Below, in pieces: positions 49,501-61,804 of a stretch of DNA of 64,000 nt. The stretch spans positions 62,001 through 126,000 of the forward strand of contig AP026124.1 of assembly GCA_030295235.1 (NCBI GenBank), in the 5' to 3' direction. Every line of letters starts with the position of its first letter. The stretch's first letter is position 1. The DNA is from Fistulifera solaris (taxonomy: Eukaryota). The position numbers were made by a program, and so were the translations under genes. A model generated the notes under the pieces. The model was not told the DNA's origin and searched no databases. It saw nothing but the letters and a program-made list of their open reading frames with translations.

Positions 49501-52500
49501 TGTTGCTTTTCCGAGTTGATGTTCTCTTGTTTCTTTTTTGTTGCGTCGTTTCCTCTCCTTTGCTTCTTGTTTCTTTACTTTCTGCTCATGGCGAAGTCTC
49601 TCCTTCTCCTCCTTTTCCAATAATTTCTCTAACGCCATCATATCTTTTTTTCGTCGCTCCGCCTCGGCTGTGTCTGCGTGAGGATCGTAGACCTGCACCT
49701 GCTTTCTGCTTCTTTTGACTCCGTCGTCGAGCATCTGAGCGATTTCGTCAGGAGTTTCTTCTTGTACCTCTAAGCCTACTGCTTTTGACCAAAACTCGGG
49801 GTCGTCGAGGTCGACGTCTTTTGTGCCATCGTCTGTGTTAGCCACAAAACTTGCCTTGCTGAAACTTCCAAGTCCGCTACCCAAAGATGATGTGGCAGAA
49901 GCTCCATAAGTCACTTTGCTTGAATGTTCAAGAAGCTGATCAATATCTGTTTCCATAAATTTTTCTGCTTCAGTGTCATCTTCATCTCGAAACACATCAT
50001 ATGCTCCTTTTTCAGCAACTCGTCAATCTGCTTGGCCTGTGCTTCCTTGTCACTTTTCTTTTCAACTTATCTTCGCCCTCTTCGCTCTGTTCTCTACTTT
50101 GAGACATGACTGCCCTTTCCAGTCCAAGCTTTAAGCTTGCGCTGTGAAACATGTGCATTTCGTACGTTTTTGCGGTCAACAGGCTTTTCAAAACGCATAC
50201 ATGAATAGGTGTCATGATGTTCATGCAAAATATGTGATTACGAATAACTTACCGGTAAACACGGACAGCCCTTGTCTGGCCGATACGGTGGGCTCTCGCC
50301 ATCGCCTGCAAATCGTTTTGACTTTCGGAAAGAGTTTATTTGTCAGTCTATGATCGCTTTGTACTGTGAAGATGCCTAGTTTACTTACGGATTCCAGTCG
50401 CTGTCAAAGATGATAACCACATCAGCAGCAGTAAGATTCAAACCAAGTCCCCCAGCTCTTGTACTCAACAACATAACAAAGCGCTGGAAGGACTTCTTCG
50501 TAAATCTATCCACGGCGTGTGTGCGAGAGGAAGATGAAGTTGAACCATCGAGTCTCTCGTAGCGATACTTCTTTATTCTTAAAAGCTCCTCCAGTAAGTC
50601 AAGCACGCGGACCATCTGGCTGAAAATCAATACCTTGTGACCACCATCAAAGAGTTTTTGTAAAAGTTTTTCCATCAAAACCATTTTCCCTGATGACTTT
50701 ATCAGTTGCTCTCCAAAAAGGCGCGAATAGTCTACAATAGCCGGTTCTCCGTCAGTGCCGGCAGCACTCTTCAACTTTGCCGCAGCCTCTGCAAGAATGC
50801 GGTCTTCTGCTCCTTTGATCAAATATGGGTGATTGCAGCACTTCCTTAATTCCATCATCACATTCATCAGGCTAGGAGCATTACTGGGCTTTGCCCCACG
50901 GAACAAAAAGATGTGTTGCGCTCGTAGATCGCCTTGTAGAATGTCTTCTGAATCGGTGTTAGCGACACTTCCAGAATTGTTTCTTCTTTTGGTGGGAGCG
51001 ATTTCTCTACATCCTCTTTTACGCGACGTAGCAGATACGGCTTGAGGAGCGAGTGGAGTTCATTAACTTGCTCTGCATCCGTCATTTCTCCAAACTTTTC
51101 AAGAAATGATTCCTTGTCAGAGAAAACACCAGGATTCGCAAAATTGAGGAGCGCCCATAGCTCTTCTGTCGCGTTTGCAATCGGAGTGCCTGTGAGCAGC
51201 AGGCAGAAGTCGCGAGGCACGTTTGCCAGCTGTTCAAACAAACGAGATTTTGAATTCTTCAAGCGGTGAGCTTCATCCACTATCAGTGCTTTCCACTTGA
51301 TTTTGGATATCACCTGTACGTCTTTCAGAATCACTTCGTAAGTTGTAATCAAGACGTGGAACTTTGTGACATGTTGCTTCTTCAGTTTTATAGCATCAGG
51401 CCGGGGAATGAACTGGTCGGTGAAGTAAAACTCTTGCTCTACAAGAAACTCTCTAGCGTCAGCTGAGCCATGGTATAGCAAAACATTCAAATCGGGTGCC
51501 CAAGACATGAGCTCAGATTGCCATTGACCAACCAAAGACAATGGCGCAACAATAAGGAAAGGTGCGCGGACTTGCGTTGCAGACTGAGTCTGTAATTCAC
51601 GGAGAAATGCCGCTGATTGGATCGTTTTTCCAAGACCCATCTCGTCTGCCAAAATACAGGATCTTTTATTCCACCAATTGAACAACAGCCAATTAACGCC
51701 TTCAAGTTGGTATCCTCTCAATCTGAACCCCTTGCTATTTACTTCCTCTTCGTCATCTGCTGATTTCAATATTGTACCGTCATTATTCATAAGCAGTCTC
51801 GGTCGGCTGGAAATTCCATAATCCGCCGATTCTTGAACTTTACGAAACTCGCGAATATGAGGATGAGGGAGCTCCCTGTAGTCACTGGGTGGCTTTTGTC
51901 TATACCAAAAATCTTCGGCTTCGTCCACAGCATCACGCTTTATGTCACGCCAATACTCCCACGTCATTTCAGCAAAAGGCATTCCTTTCCACTTGACCAC
52001 GTATCTTACATTATCTTCTGGATCCCACGGGATGTCGTTTTCTAAATCTACATCCTTGACCAAATGTTGGTAAAGGGTCTCCTCGGACACTTTGATCGCT
52101 TCGGATTCTTTTTTATGTAAAGCCTCTTGCTCTTCAATCAGATTTGCTGTGCGTTGTTTAGCTAAAACACTCATGTCCATCTCGTTTTCATCACACGCAA
52201 GAATTCGTTCAATCTCCAGACAGTCTCCACCAAAATATTCTTCGGCAGGTTCCAAAAACTGACCATGTATTAGTGTTGTTGTTGATGATTGGTGATCCGC
52301 TCTCATAATCGATTTCCAATTCAGACCCATGTTTGATTCTTGTTGCTGGTAATAGCGGCGAATCTTGTTGCGAGCGGTACTGTTGTTGGACGAATCCAGC
52401 CGTATCACGTCGTCCGCTCGCTCCCACGAGCAATGCAAATGAGAGCGTCCGCGCCACTTGATGAGAAGAACTTCCTCCTTCTCATCCATCACCTCATACG

Positions 52501-53487
52501 TCCAATTACTCGGGTCTTGTGCAGCTTTCAAAGCTTGCAGGACGGGACAATGTGTAGGATTGATTCGCGATAACTCCATCCGTTTGGCAGGATCCGTCCA
52601 AATCGACTTGGACTGAAGCGCACGAGCCTGAAGAGCGAGCGCATCCGAGTGCTCAAACAATATGGTCGGTTCCGGTGCTTTGAGAGTGGTTTTCCGCCGC
52701 ACTTTAAATCCGCATACCTTGTCCAGTACCCATACATGCAAGAATGATTCATTGGAGTACCACAACGTTGAGGGCGTCCCCGGCGGCGGGGCATCTGTTG
52801 CAGAATCAAGTGCGGGCACCACGGTGGCCGAGACCGACGATCCTTCCATGGTTGGATCCAGAGAGGTCTCCTTTGGTTTTTTCGGAGGAAGCAGTTCCAT
52901 CATGGCTTGCTCTTCTTCTGAATCGGTGTCTTCCAGATAAATGGAACGAGGACGCTTTTGGTTTGTCGTCCGCACAGAGTTTGTGCGCGCGGATCGGGAT
53001 CGACTCTCAGCTTCTATCGACAAAAGGGCGAATCTGATCGGGGGAATCCTTCACTCAAATTCAATCCCTTCGTTTGTATGACTAATATCAAAGGGTGCTC
53101 ACTTTTCACACGAATCCGCTTCGGTGGTTTGCGTGGTTCTTCCTCCACTACAGAACTCGAAGTCGAGGTACGTCTCACGACGGGATCATTTGAAACATGG
53201 GACTCGGGTCGAACCACTTCTGCGGCCCTACTTTGCGGTGCATTATCGAACGATGAGGACGGACGTCGAGGAATGGGTGCCTCTAAACTGACTGTACTTC
53301 TTGATGGGTGGTTCATCTGTTGTGGTCGGCTAAAAGTCGATGTTAAAGGATGACGCGGTATCGGAGCATCGATAGCTGCCGAAGCAGACGGTCTGCGTGG
53401 AATAGGCATATCTAGATTAGGCGGTGGTAGACGCTTACGAGGAATGGCGCTCATCAAGTCGGAAGACTTGCTTTCGTCTGGATTCAT
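46563..53487 (-). CDS. CHD6-9/Kismet-like chromodomain-helicase remodeller; introns 50322-50388 and 50184-50252; about 5 homopolymer frameshifts
   Basis: Two chromodomains (IKWRGRSHLHCSWE, VKWKGMPFAEMTWE), LADEMGLGKT, DEAH, MELRKCCNHPYL, spliced [49 protein letters not shown]. Confidence 0.9.
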
Positions 53488-54495
53488 CTTGCCTTTGATG
53501 CACGAAAACAACAAAACGTGAGCGTGACGTTCGTAAAGCCTATTCGCCAGGAAAGAGCGGAGAGTTTCTACGGAGCAACAGCAACCGGAACAACTTACCG
53601 CGACGTTCTTTTCACCTGAGCTTTTTGTTAGCAAGCAAAGGTGACAGTGGCGTCAATATTCAAGGCACAAGTGAACGAATGAGTCGTCGACAAGTAATAA
53701 TGAGAAATAAAGAGCAACTTTGTCGAACCTTAGGAAGTGAGAGAGCAACTTCCCCTCAATAGGATACGGATGCATGTGATATACATTGCTGCAGACGGTC
53801 GCCGCTGTGTATCTGTCGTACATGTTTTACGAAGAAGATTTTTCTCTGGGCATCCGTCATGGTCGCCGAGGCTGGGTGGCTTTATTTTGTCCGCACATGA
53901 AATAATATGGAAACAGTGTCCGCAAATGACGTGGTTACGTTTCTTACTTAATAACCAGTTCGACACTAGGACTTACAAGTACACTAAATTGTGAAATGTA
54001 GGGGGCAGCGTGACTCAACTCTAATGCAATCCCGGAATAACCCTGATGAAAAATCTACCTTATTGTTGGCTAGCAATATACTTTCGTCGAGAGTTCCTGC
54101 TAAACCGTTAAGCGTGTACTCTGATATCACCGGTCTTGTCGTAATTATCGATGTTGGTATTCATTTTGTTGTTGCATTAATTTAAATGAGCCGCCACAAA
54201 TCGAGATAGTGTAGAAATCACAACACTCACAGGCGTACGTTTTTATCAAGCACAAAACCTTGAACAAGATCAACCTAGTATAACGTCGTAGATTGATCAA
54301 TACGAGAAAGATAAAAAAAATCGACAAGGCACGCTTCTCAACGCTATTTTTACATTATTGACAACGCATACCTTCCGTACTTCAAGGCGGAAATACAAAT
54401 CCTTTCCGAAGCTTTTGCACATGCTTGTTCTCAACACCAAATCGCTGCATGGCAGCACGAAAGCAAATTCTAATAAAATGATACGTCTTGTAAGA

Positions 54496-55155
54496 TCACG
54501 ATGTCTCATTCTCAACCTGCTCATTATCTCGGAAATTGTATTCAACTTCCATACCATTCTCCATGAATACCTGCATGATCTTCATATTTCCAGTTCGATA
54601 GGCGACAGATATAGGAGAATACGCCTGGTAATTTCCACTTTCATCCTTCCACTTATCGAGATCATAGCCTTTCTCCAACAATTCTTTTACTTTATCCAAG
54701 TCACCCTCTCTTGTCGCTTTCATCATGATTTCGTCTTCATCACCCTCCAAATGTTTGTATAAATCCATGTTTTGCATAAGAAACTCAACAACATCCTTGT
54801 GACCTCCTTCTCTTGCCAAGTCCAAACCATCTTGACCAGGAGATGCGCCCAGTTCGACCAGTGATTTCACCAAATCCAGCTGCCCGGTCCAGCCCGCCCA
54901 ATCTAGTGCCGTGTACTCGCTGTCATCCTGTTCGTTCATGCCCCAACCGTGATCTATAAAGGTCCGAACCATATCGCTGTAACCGAAATCGACGGCAATA
55001 AATATGGGGGCGTTCTTGCACTCTTTTCCGTCCTTGTCGTTCCATGTAATTGGTATCCGAAAGTCGTAACCGTTCTTTAACAAATCATTCACTGCATCCA
55101 AGTCACCGCTGACACAGGCTTTTGCCATGGCGAGTTGATGCTCTTGTGTTGTCAT
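54496..55155 (-). CDS. Ankyrin-repeat protein
   Basis: GDLDAVNDLL, TALDWAGWTGQLDLVKSLVELGA, AREGGHKDVVEFL. Confidence 0.85.
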   Translation of the reverse strand: MTTQEHQLAMAKACVSGDLDAVNDLLKNGYDFRIPITWNDKDGKECKNAPIFIAVDFGYSDMVRTFIDHGWGMNEQDDSEYTALDWAGWTGQLDLVKSLVELGASPGQDGLDLAREGGHKDVVEFLMQNMDLYKHLEGDEDEIMMKATREGDLDKVKELLEKGYDLDKWKDESGNYQAYSPISVAYRTGNMKIMQVFMENGMEVEYNFRDNEQVENETS

Positions 55156-55792
55156 AATGTCAATAGCGATAGAATTGGTAGGATTTCAACGATAATAATT
55201 ATTATTCATCAACTGGCGAGAATAATACTGGTACGAGGGAGATCAAAATGGAGTTTCGAACACGATTGATTGTTTGGTTTTGGTTTTGGTTTTGGTTTTG
55301 GTGATCAGTTTGATCAGTGATCAATCGTATGCGCGCGAAAAGAAGCACCATCACCAGCAGCACCATGGCACGAGAGAGGACGATGAGGGTCAATCCGGGA
55401 CTGAAATGCAGTCGTGAGAAAAGGTCGCTTACACTTTCAGCTAGAGTAAATACGAATGAGATGAAGTTGTGAGCGCAAAATAATAGTTGTAGGGCGGACA
55501 CACGGAAGACTATGGAGGATTGACGCAATGCGATAAAGGATGGACTTAATCCCTGACCAAAGAGTTGCCAGAAAGACATTGCGTATGGTGTATGGCGCAC
55601 GCCGACTCTTCCCGTTCAACAAATTAATGCAAGAAGTTAACAAACGCACATGCGATACGCAACGAAACCTTCCTTTATGAATAAAAGTATTGTTTATAAT
55701 AACCGTAGTTTATTTACAGACTGAAATCTCGTAGTAACAACAGAACCCGCAATCCAATTTCTCTTTGTTTCGTCACACAACATTATAGCTTT

Positions 55793-57844
55793 TTACAAAT
55801 CCAACTCCTCCTTTCTCGGCTCTCCACTCAATAGTTTATCTTGCATTTGCAGCAATTCCGCGTATCGACCACCTTTCTGCACCAAATCGGTGTGGGTACC
55901 ATGCTCGACGACTTGTCCTTCGTGCATGACCCAAATTCTCATCACAATCCTGAATGGTACTGAGGCGATGAGCAATCAACAAGGTCGTTCGACCTTCCGC
56001 GGCTTGCTTGAGATTTTCCATAATATCCCATTCCGTTTGACTGTCCAACGACGAAGTCGGTTCGTCGCACAAAAGAATCGGTGCATTGGGTTTCAGAATG
56101 GCCCGGGCAATAGCCACCCGTTGTTTCTCACCTCCACTTAACTTCAAACCTCGCTCTCCAACGATTGTATCGTATTGGTTGGGGAACTGCATAATCGTTT
56201 CATGTAAATGTGCTTTCCGTGCAGCTTCCATGACCTGTTCATGCGTTGCCTCCAAATTGCCGTAGTGAATATTGTAATAAATGCTTTCATGAAAAAGCAC
56301 CGTGTCTTGGGGAACAACCGCAATGGCCTTTTGCAGCGATGCGCGCGTCAATTCGGTCTGTACATTGTATCCACCTACTGTAATGTTCCCTTGTTGAGGA
56401 TCGTAAAAGCGATAGAGGAGGCGTAGTATAGTGCTCTTTCCACAACCGGATGATCCGACAATGGCCACTGTCTTGCCTTGCGGGATTTCTAGAGTAGCAC
56501 CTTTCAAAATGGCACGGTCTTGACTGCTGGGGTACTGAAAATGAACATTCTCAAATCGAATGGTGTGACCCATTTGCAACGGATTGTATTCTCGCGCGTT
56601 CTCATGATCGGGGGCAATGGACGATGGTTTCGTGTCCGCCAACTGAAACATGGCTTCCATATCAATGAGTGACTGTTTGATTTCCCGATAAACGGAGCCA
56701 ATAAAAAGAGCGGAATCGATAATTGAAACAACAGCCCGTTCACCAAAACCAAATCTCCTACGGAAGCCGTTCCATCGACGATTTGTTGAGATGTCAAGTA
56801 CATGACACCACCCAATCCTGCACTGAAGATCGCCGCTTGGCCAAAATTTAATAAACTCAATGACGTTTGCGCCTGCAGAGCTGCTTTTTGATATCCCCGC
56901 AAACTCTCTTCATAGCGTTCTCCTTCTCGCTTGGCGTTGTTAAAGTATTGCACCGTTTCATAATTCAACAAACTATCGACAACTCGACCGGAAGCTTGAC
57001 TCTCCAATCGATTCATATCCCGACGAAATTGTGTCCGCCACGATGTGACCCCCACGGTGAAGGCCGTATAGGCAGTGACAGTGCCCAAGGCGACGATCGC
57101 TTGGGCACTCCCAAATTGATAGGCCAACAACCCGGTGACCAGACTGACCTCCAGCAAGGTCGGTATGACATTGAAGACAGCCGCATTGAGTAAAAATGAA
57201 ATACTCCGTTGTCCTCGATCGAGAATTCGACTGAGTTGCCCAGTATTTCTCGACAAATGAAATTGCAAATCGAGTTGTTGGTGAACGTGATCAAAGACGG
57301 TGCGTCCCGTGTGCCGAATGGCATCTTGTGCGACAACGGCAAAGACCGCATTCCGAAATTCTTGAAATCCCACCGCCGCAGCACGACTCATCCCGTATCC
57401 CAGCAACAGGGAAATAGGGACGATAGCGACATCTCCCGTTGTAGTTGTAGTCGTAGTCGTCACATCGAGGGCATCGACTAAATGCTTGAAAAGATAAGGA
57501 ACTTGAATATTGACCGCTTTTCCCGCGACCATGAGCCCTAACGAAATGACTACTCGTCTTTTGTTCTCTTTGGCACGTTCAGGATCGTCAGTGGGAGTAA
57601 TGTTTTTGGAAAGCGTCTTCCATATTCTCCACTGTAAGGTTCGTTCCGAAGATGATTGATCTTCATCCTCGGGTTTGGTGACGGTAGACTGCTGCGTTGT
57701 ATTTGTGGTGGTACCTGAAAACGCGCGTGTTGCATAGTTTAGGCCCAGGTGGTTGTTAGATAGCGTAGAACGACGAGGTTGTCGCGAAGGAAGCGAACGT
57801 ATCCATGAGAAAGACGATGCACGGCAGGAACGAATCGCTATCAT
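55793..57844 (-). CDS. ATM1: Mitochondrial ABC half transporter ATM1/ABCB7; frameshifts near 56705 and 55935
   Basis: Arg/Ser-rich presequence; [52 protein letters not shown]. Confidence 0.93.
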
Positions 57845-58365
57845 TCTTGCTTTTTTTCAATAACTATTCTTTCAGTCCGCCAGTCAATGAGTCCCTTTGT
57901 TCATTTATTTCTTCTTTTGTGCTTTATCGTTGGATATTTATCGTAAAATGAAGAACAAATGCTGAATTCATTTTAGGAAATGCTTCGCTGCTGTTCTTCG
58001 TCACAAGGAATGCGGAGATCGCGAGAGCGAGACGAAGCGTTTGGAATAATGAAAAGGCCACTCGTGACCGCATCTCAATCCAGTCGGGTTTTCAGGATCC
58101 ACAAAATAATACAGATACACAATTTACACAGCGTTATACGTTATACGTTATACGATAAAGGATACGTTTTTGTGAGGCCGCCGCCTGTCCATCCCACCGA
58201 TCTATCCGTTGATCGGCATTTTTCAATTTTTGACGAACAATCATCGTTCGCGCTTTTTGCCATTATTTTTTTTTACATTGCATGTCCACCTGAAGGAAAG
58301 CACTTTTTATTTCTTCTTTCTTTGATAGACTCATTGACTATAAAGACTAAACAAAAAACTCAACC

Positions 58366-59274
58366 ATGGAAAACAAAGCTGCTAAAGAACTCTGGAAGCA
58401 GCCCATTCAAGACACAGGAAGTTTCACATCCGATAGCAAGACGGCAACTGGGCCTTCTTTCATTACGACGGCCGAAACGACCACGATTGCGGCCAAATAC
58501 AACGGCACTGTGTTGCAATTTCTGGACAGTAATAACAAAAATAATGAATTAGTATTCGAAGATACATTTGCTCGGAAAGTAGGATATACGGGTAGAGCAC
58601 CGGATGGGACGTTTGTTCGACGGTGTCAACAAAAACTCGGTAATGGTTTGAATGTATGGTATTTGTATCGGACGACTCCCATCCTAGACGATCAAACACC
58701 TTCATTTATTGTGCCGGCGAGCGAGTTGGCGGTTAAAGAGAAGTCCGAATCATCATCGGCGGCTACAACAGCCACAGAAAACGTCACCGAAAGTGAAGTT
58801 GCATCATCGGTGGCAACCAATGACGACAAGGAGACTGCAGCCATTGATACCACCACCACAGCAGCAGCCGAAGACGAAATTGTCAATCTGTACTTGTACG
58901 CACGCATCATTCCGGTTCGTGGGACGAGTGGAACGGCATCGTACGTCATCTACAGTACGGTCAAAGGCATTGATACGGATTGTCGCGAATCGGGAGCCGG
59001 CTTTCTCTGGAAAGATATTTACAAAGTCGTGAAAATTCCCCAATTTCAGTACGCGGCGCTCATTTTGGATATTTCCGAGTATTCCAACAAGATTGTAGGC
59101 AAATCACAACAAACCAGTGCACTCGATGTGCGTCCGACGTTTACATTGGCTGCCGGAGTCGATATGCCGGCCGTGATCGCCTCATGTGTGCCATTGTTGC
59201 CGGAAGGTTCGAAAGTATGGTTGGGAGCGAGTTTGGCGTCAGATTTATCCGGTATGTTGACGGCGGCTTTGTGA
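58366..59274 (+). CDS. Hypothetical protein, weak resemblance to the LURP-one/tubby C-terminal fold
   Basis: 302-aa ORF with coding-like composition; C-terminal TFTLAAGVDMPAVIA. Confidence 0.55.
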   Translation: MENKAAKELWKQPIQDTGSFTSDSKTATGPSFITTAETTTIAAKYNGTVLQFLDSNNKNNELVFEDTFARKVGYTGRAPDGTFVRRCQQKLGNGLNVWYLYRTTPILDDQTPSFIVPASELAVKEKSESSSAATTATENVTESEVASSVATNDDKETAAIDTTTTAAAEDEIVNLYLYARIIPVRGTSGTASYVIYSTVKGIDTDCRESGAGFLWKDIYKVVKIPQFQYAALILDISEYSNKIVGKSQQTSALDVRPTFTLAAGVDMPAVIASCVPLLPEGSKVWLGASLASDLSGMLTAAL

Positions 59275-59481
59275 GTCGATCGATCAAAATTCAAGGACGA
59301 TAAATACGGAACTTGGCGATGAATGCAACGATGCTACTAGAATGGCATACAAGAAATTGAAAACTCGACAGCTTGAGCCGACAGCACTCTAGTGTATTGT
59401 TATGAATATAGCGGCTTTTCTGTACTATTTACGAAACTTCCACGTGATAATCTAGAAGATCTCACCGTTATTCCTTCACTC

Positions 59482-60294
59482 CTATTCTAGAATATCGTAA
59501 TAGTCCAAATGTTGTCCACTTTTGAACTTTTGATCAAACAATATATCCACAAGTTTTGCGGCAGAATCATCCGGATCAACTAATTGCTTTTGATAATGCG
59601 GCCGGAGTGAAGTATCGAGCAATGGAGCTTGTCGAATTTGATCCGTCATGTCGGTTTCCAAAGGACCCGGCGCATAATTCAATACCAAGACATGTTCTCC
59701 TTCTTCTTCATCTTCTTCCTCTAGCGCCAAAGCGGCATGAAACAAATCTCGTGCTGCTTTGCTGGCCGAATACATACCCATGGAAGGAAAGGCTTGTATC
59801 GCCACGAGAGAAGAAATGTTGACTACCACTGTTTTCGGACACTGCATCGTTTCCTTGGCCCATTGCACGAAACGTGCCGACAACCAACAGGCACTGGTAA
59901 TATTGAAATCCAACACTGCACGCATTTCTTGTAAATTTGTATTCCGACAAGGACCGATGGGTCCTAAACTACCGGCATTATTGATAAAATATAGTTCGGA
60001 TACACTTTCGGAGGATAACTCTGCCAGCAACGACTCGATGCGATGGGATAAATTGTCCATTTGACTGAGATCAATTGCATGACAGTTGACTGTAATATTC
60101 TGATTGGAAGACAGTGCATCATGAATGAATTGTTGCGTGACATGTAAGGTTGCTGGATCTCGTGCCAACAAACATATCTTCCATGGTTCTTGTACCGTCA
60201 TTGTAGAAGAAGAACAAAATTGTTTCACAAACGCCAGAGCGATCGATCTTCCCAAACCCCGCGATGCTCCCGTAACGACCAGAAGTTTTGTCAT
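59482..60294 (-). CDS. SPR: Sepiapterin reductase-like short-chain dehydrogenase/reductase
   Basis: TGASRGLGR, INNAGSLG, VVNISSL, YSASKAARD, VLNYAPGPLETDM, FKSGQHLDYYD. Confidence 0.85.
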   Translation of the reverse strand: MTKLLVVTGASRGLGRSIALAFVKQFCSSSTMTVQEPWKICLLARDPATLHVTQQFIHDALSSNQNITVNCHAIDLSQMDNLSHRIESLLAELSSESVSELYFINNAGSLGPIGPCRNTNLQEMRAVLDFNITSACWLSARFVQWAKETMQCPKTVVVNISSLVAIQAFPSMGMYSASKAARDLFHAALALEEEDEEEGEHVLVLNYAPGPLETDMTDQIRQAPLLDTSLRPHYQKQLVDPDDSAAKLVDILFDQKFKSGQHLDYYDILE

Positions 60295-60679
60295 AATAAT
60301 AATAATAATGATTGTGAAATATGAATCATAATCATACAACTGCAAGGAACGTTTTTACTTCTGTAGATTGAAATGTATTTCTTGCAACGAATGAATGAAT
60401 CATCATCGTCGTAAAACGCGCTGCGATTAGCTCGAATCATCATCATCATCATCATCATCGATGATGTCTCGTCAGTCGTGAGTCGTGATTCATTCGACGA
60501 TGCGCTCTGTGTGACGTCAGCCTTCGTTGTTGGCGTCTCGCATTCCTGCAACATGCAACAACAACGAGGCTTCTCATGTTTCACAACAACATTTGCTTAC
60601 AATAAATATATTATTACACTTTCTACAAACCAGTTCATCTTATTTTTCTCTTTGTTTTCATTCAAAGAAATTACAACAA

Positions 60680-61677
60680 ATGAAATTTTCTTTGTTGATC
60701 GTTTCCGCTATTGCAGCAAAGCAGTCATCAATGGCCTTTGTGGTGTTCCATCAACCCACAACAATGCACCATGGTGCACCACGACAATTCTTTCTTCTTT
60801 CGTCCGAGTCGTCAACCAACGAACAAAAAAGTCGGCAATTTAGTTGCCGACGATGAATGGAATGGTTTGAGTCTCGAATTGGCGGAAGTGGTACGATTGG
60901 CGGTCGTGGAAGATTTGAAAAAGAATACACGGGAATTTCTGGGGAAGGATGATTACAAAGTAGGTGATCTCAGTAAAGAAATTGACTCGCGTGTCAAACA
61001 AGGAGGTGCGTCATTTCATGGAATCCTCTGGGATCTGTATCTGCAAAAAACTCCGTCACTTTGACTTGGCAATGATCACTCATTTCTCGTTTTGTTTTTT
61101 TCAGTGGCACAAATGAGAAATAAACAAGATTACGAATTGGGCGATTTTGTTTTGGCCATGGATGAAATGGCCAAGAGTATGACTGAACAAATGACAGGTA
61201 AAGAATATGAAACGGGAGATTTATCTTTGGAGTTGGACAAACGGATCAAACAAAAAGTTGCCGATTGGGCCGGTAAAGAGACCTACGAAGTAGGGGATTT
61301 ATCACGTGAAATGGTGAAGCGTGTACAGGTGCGTTGCATAAAATACTTTCACACGGAGGCAAGTCAAACGAAACAATGCTCATCATATTATTACTTTATT
61401 GTGTTTTTACCTTTATTTGTTTTTGTATAGAGCCGCGTGGAAGAATTCACAGGCAAACCGTACGAATTGGGTGATGTGGCCCGCGAAATTGAAAGTCGAC
61501 GTCGTAATTGGATCCGCGATTATCTCGGTGCGGAAGCTGCCGACAACTATCAATTTGGGGATATTACGAAAAAGGCCGTATCACAATTTACGGGCAAAGA
61601 CGAGTACGAGTTTGGTGATATTACGAAAAAAAGTCATTGGTGGTTTGTTTTCAGGAAAGAAAAAGAAGACGGAATGA
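60680..61677 (+). CDS. Predicted plastid-targeted protein with seven YxxGD repeats; introns 61006-61104 and 61329-61430; A-run frameshifts near 60828 and 61628
   Basis: Signal peptide ending SMA-F; repeats YKVGD, YELGD, YETGD, YEVGD, YELGD, YQFGD, YEFGD. Confidence 0.75.
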
Positions 61678-61804
61678 TCGACAACGCTTTGCGTGGCTAG
61701 GTAGGGTAGATAGATAGGCATATGAAAGGCAGAAGAAGTTAGCTAGTAAAACAAAACCTTTATCGTTTATTTATTGATATCAGACCTTTTTCACGTACAT
61801 GTTT

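Noticed and set aside
46563..57844. Pseudogenes or programmed frameshifting in CHD and ATM1
   Set aside because: Breaks fall in homopolymer runs across many unrelated essential genes with intact motifs; sequencing error is the simpler explanation.
2..57844. Fe-S/Moco gene cluster (Grx, ISD11, MOSC, ATM1)
   Set aside because: The genes are spread over more than 55 kb among unrelated genes, and the glutaredoxins are not CGFS-type.
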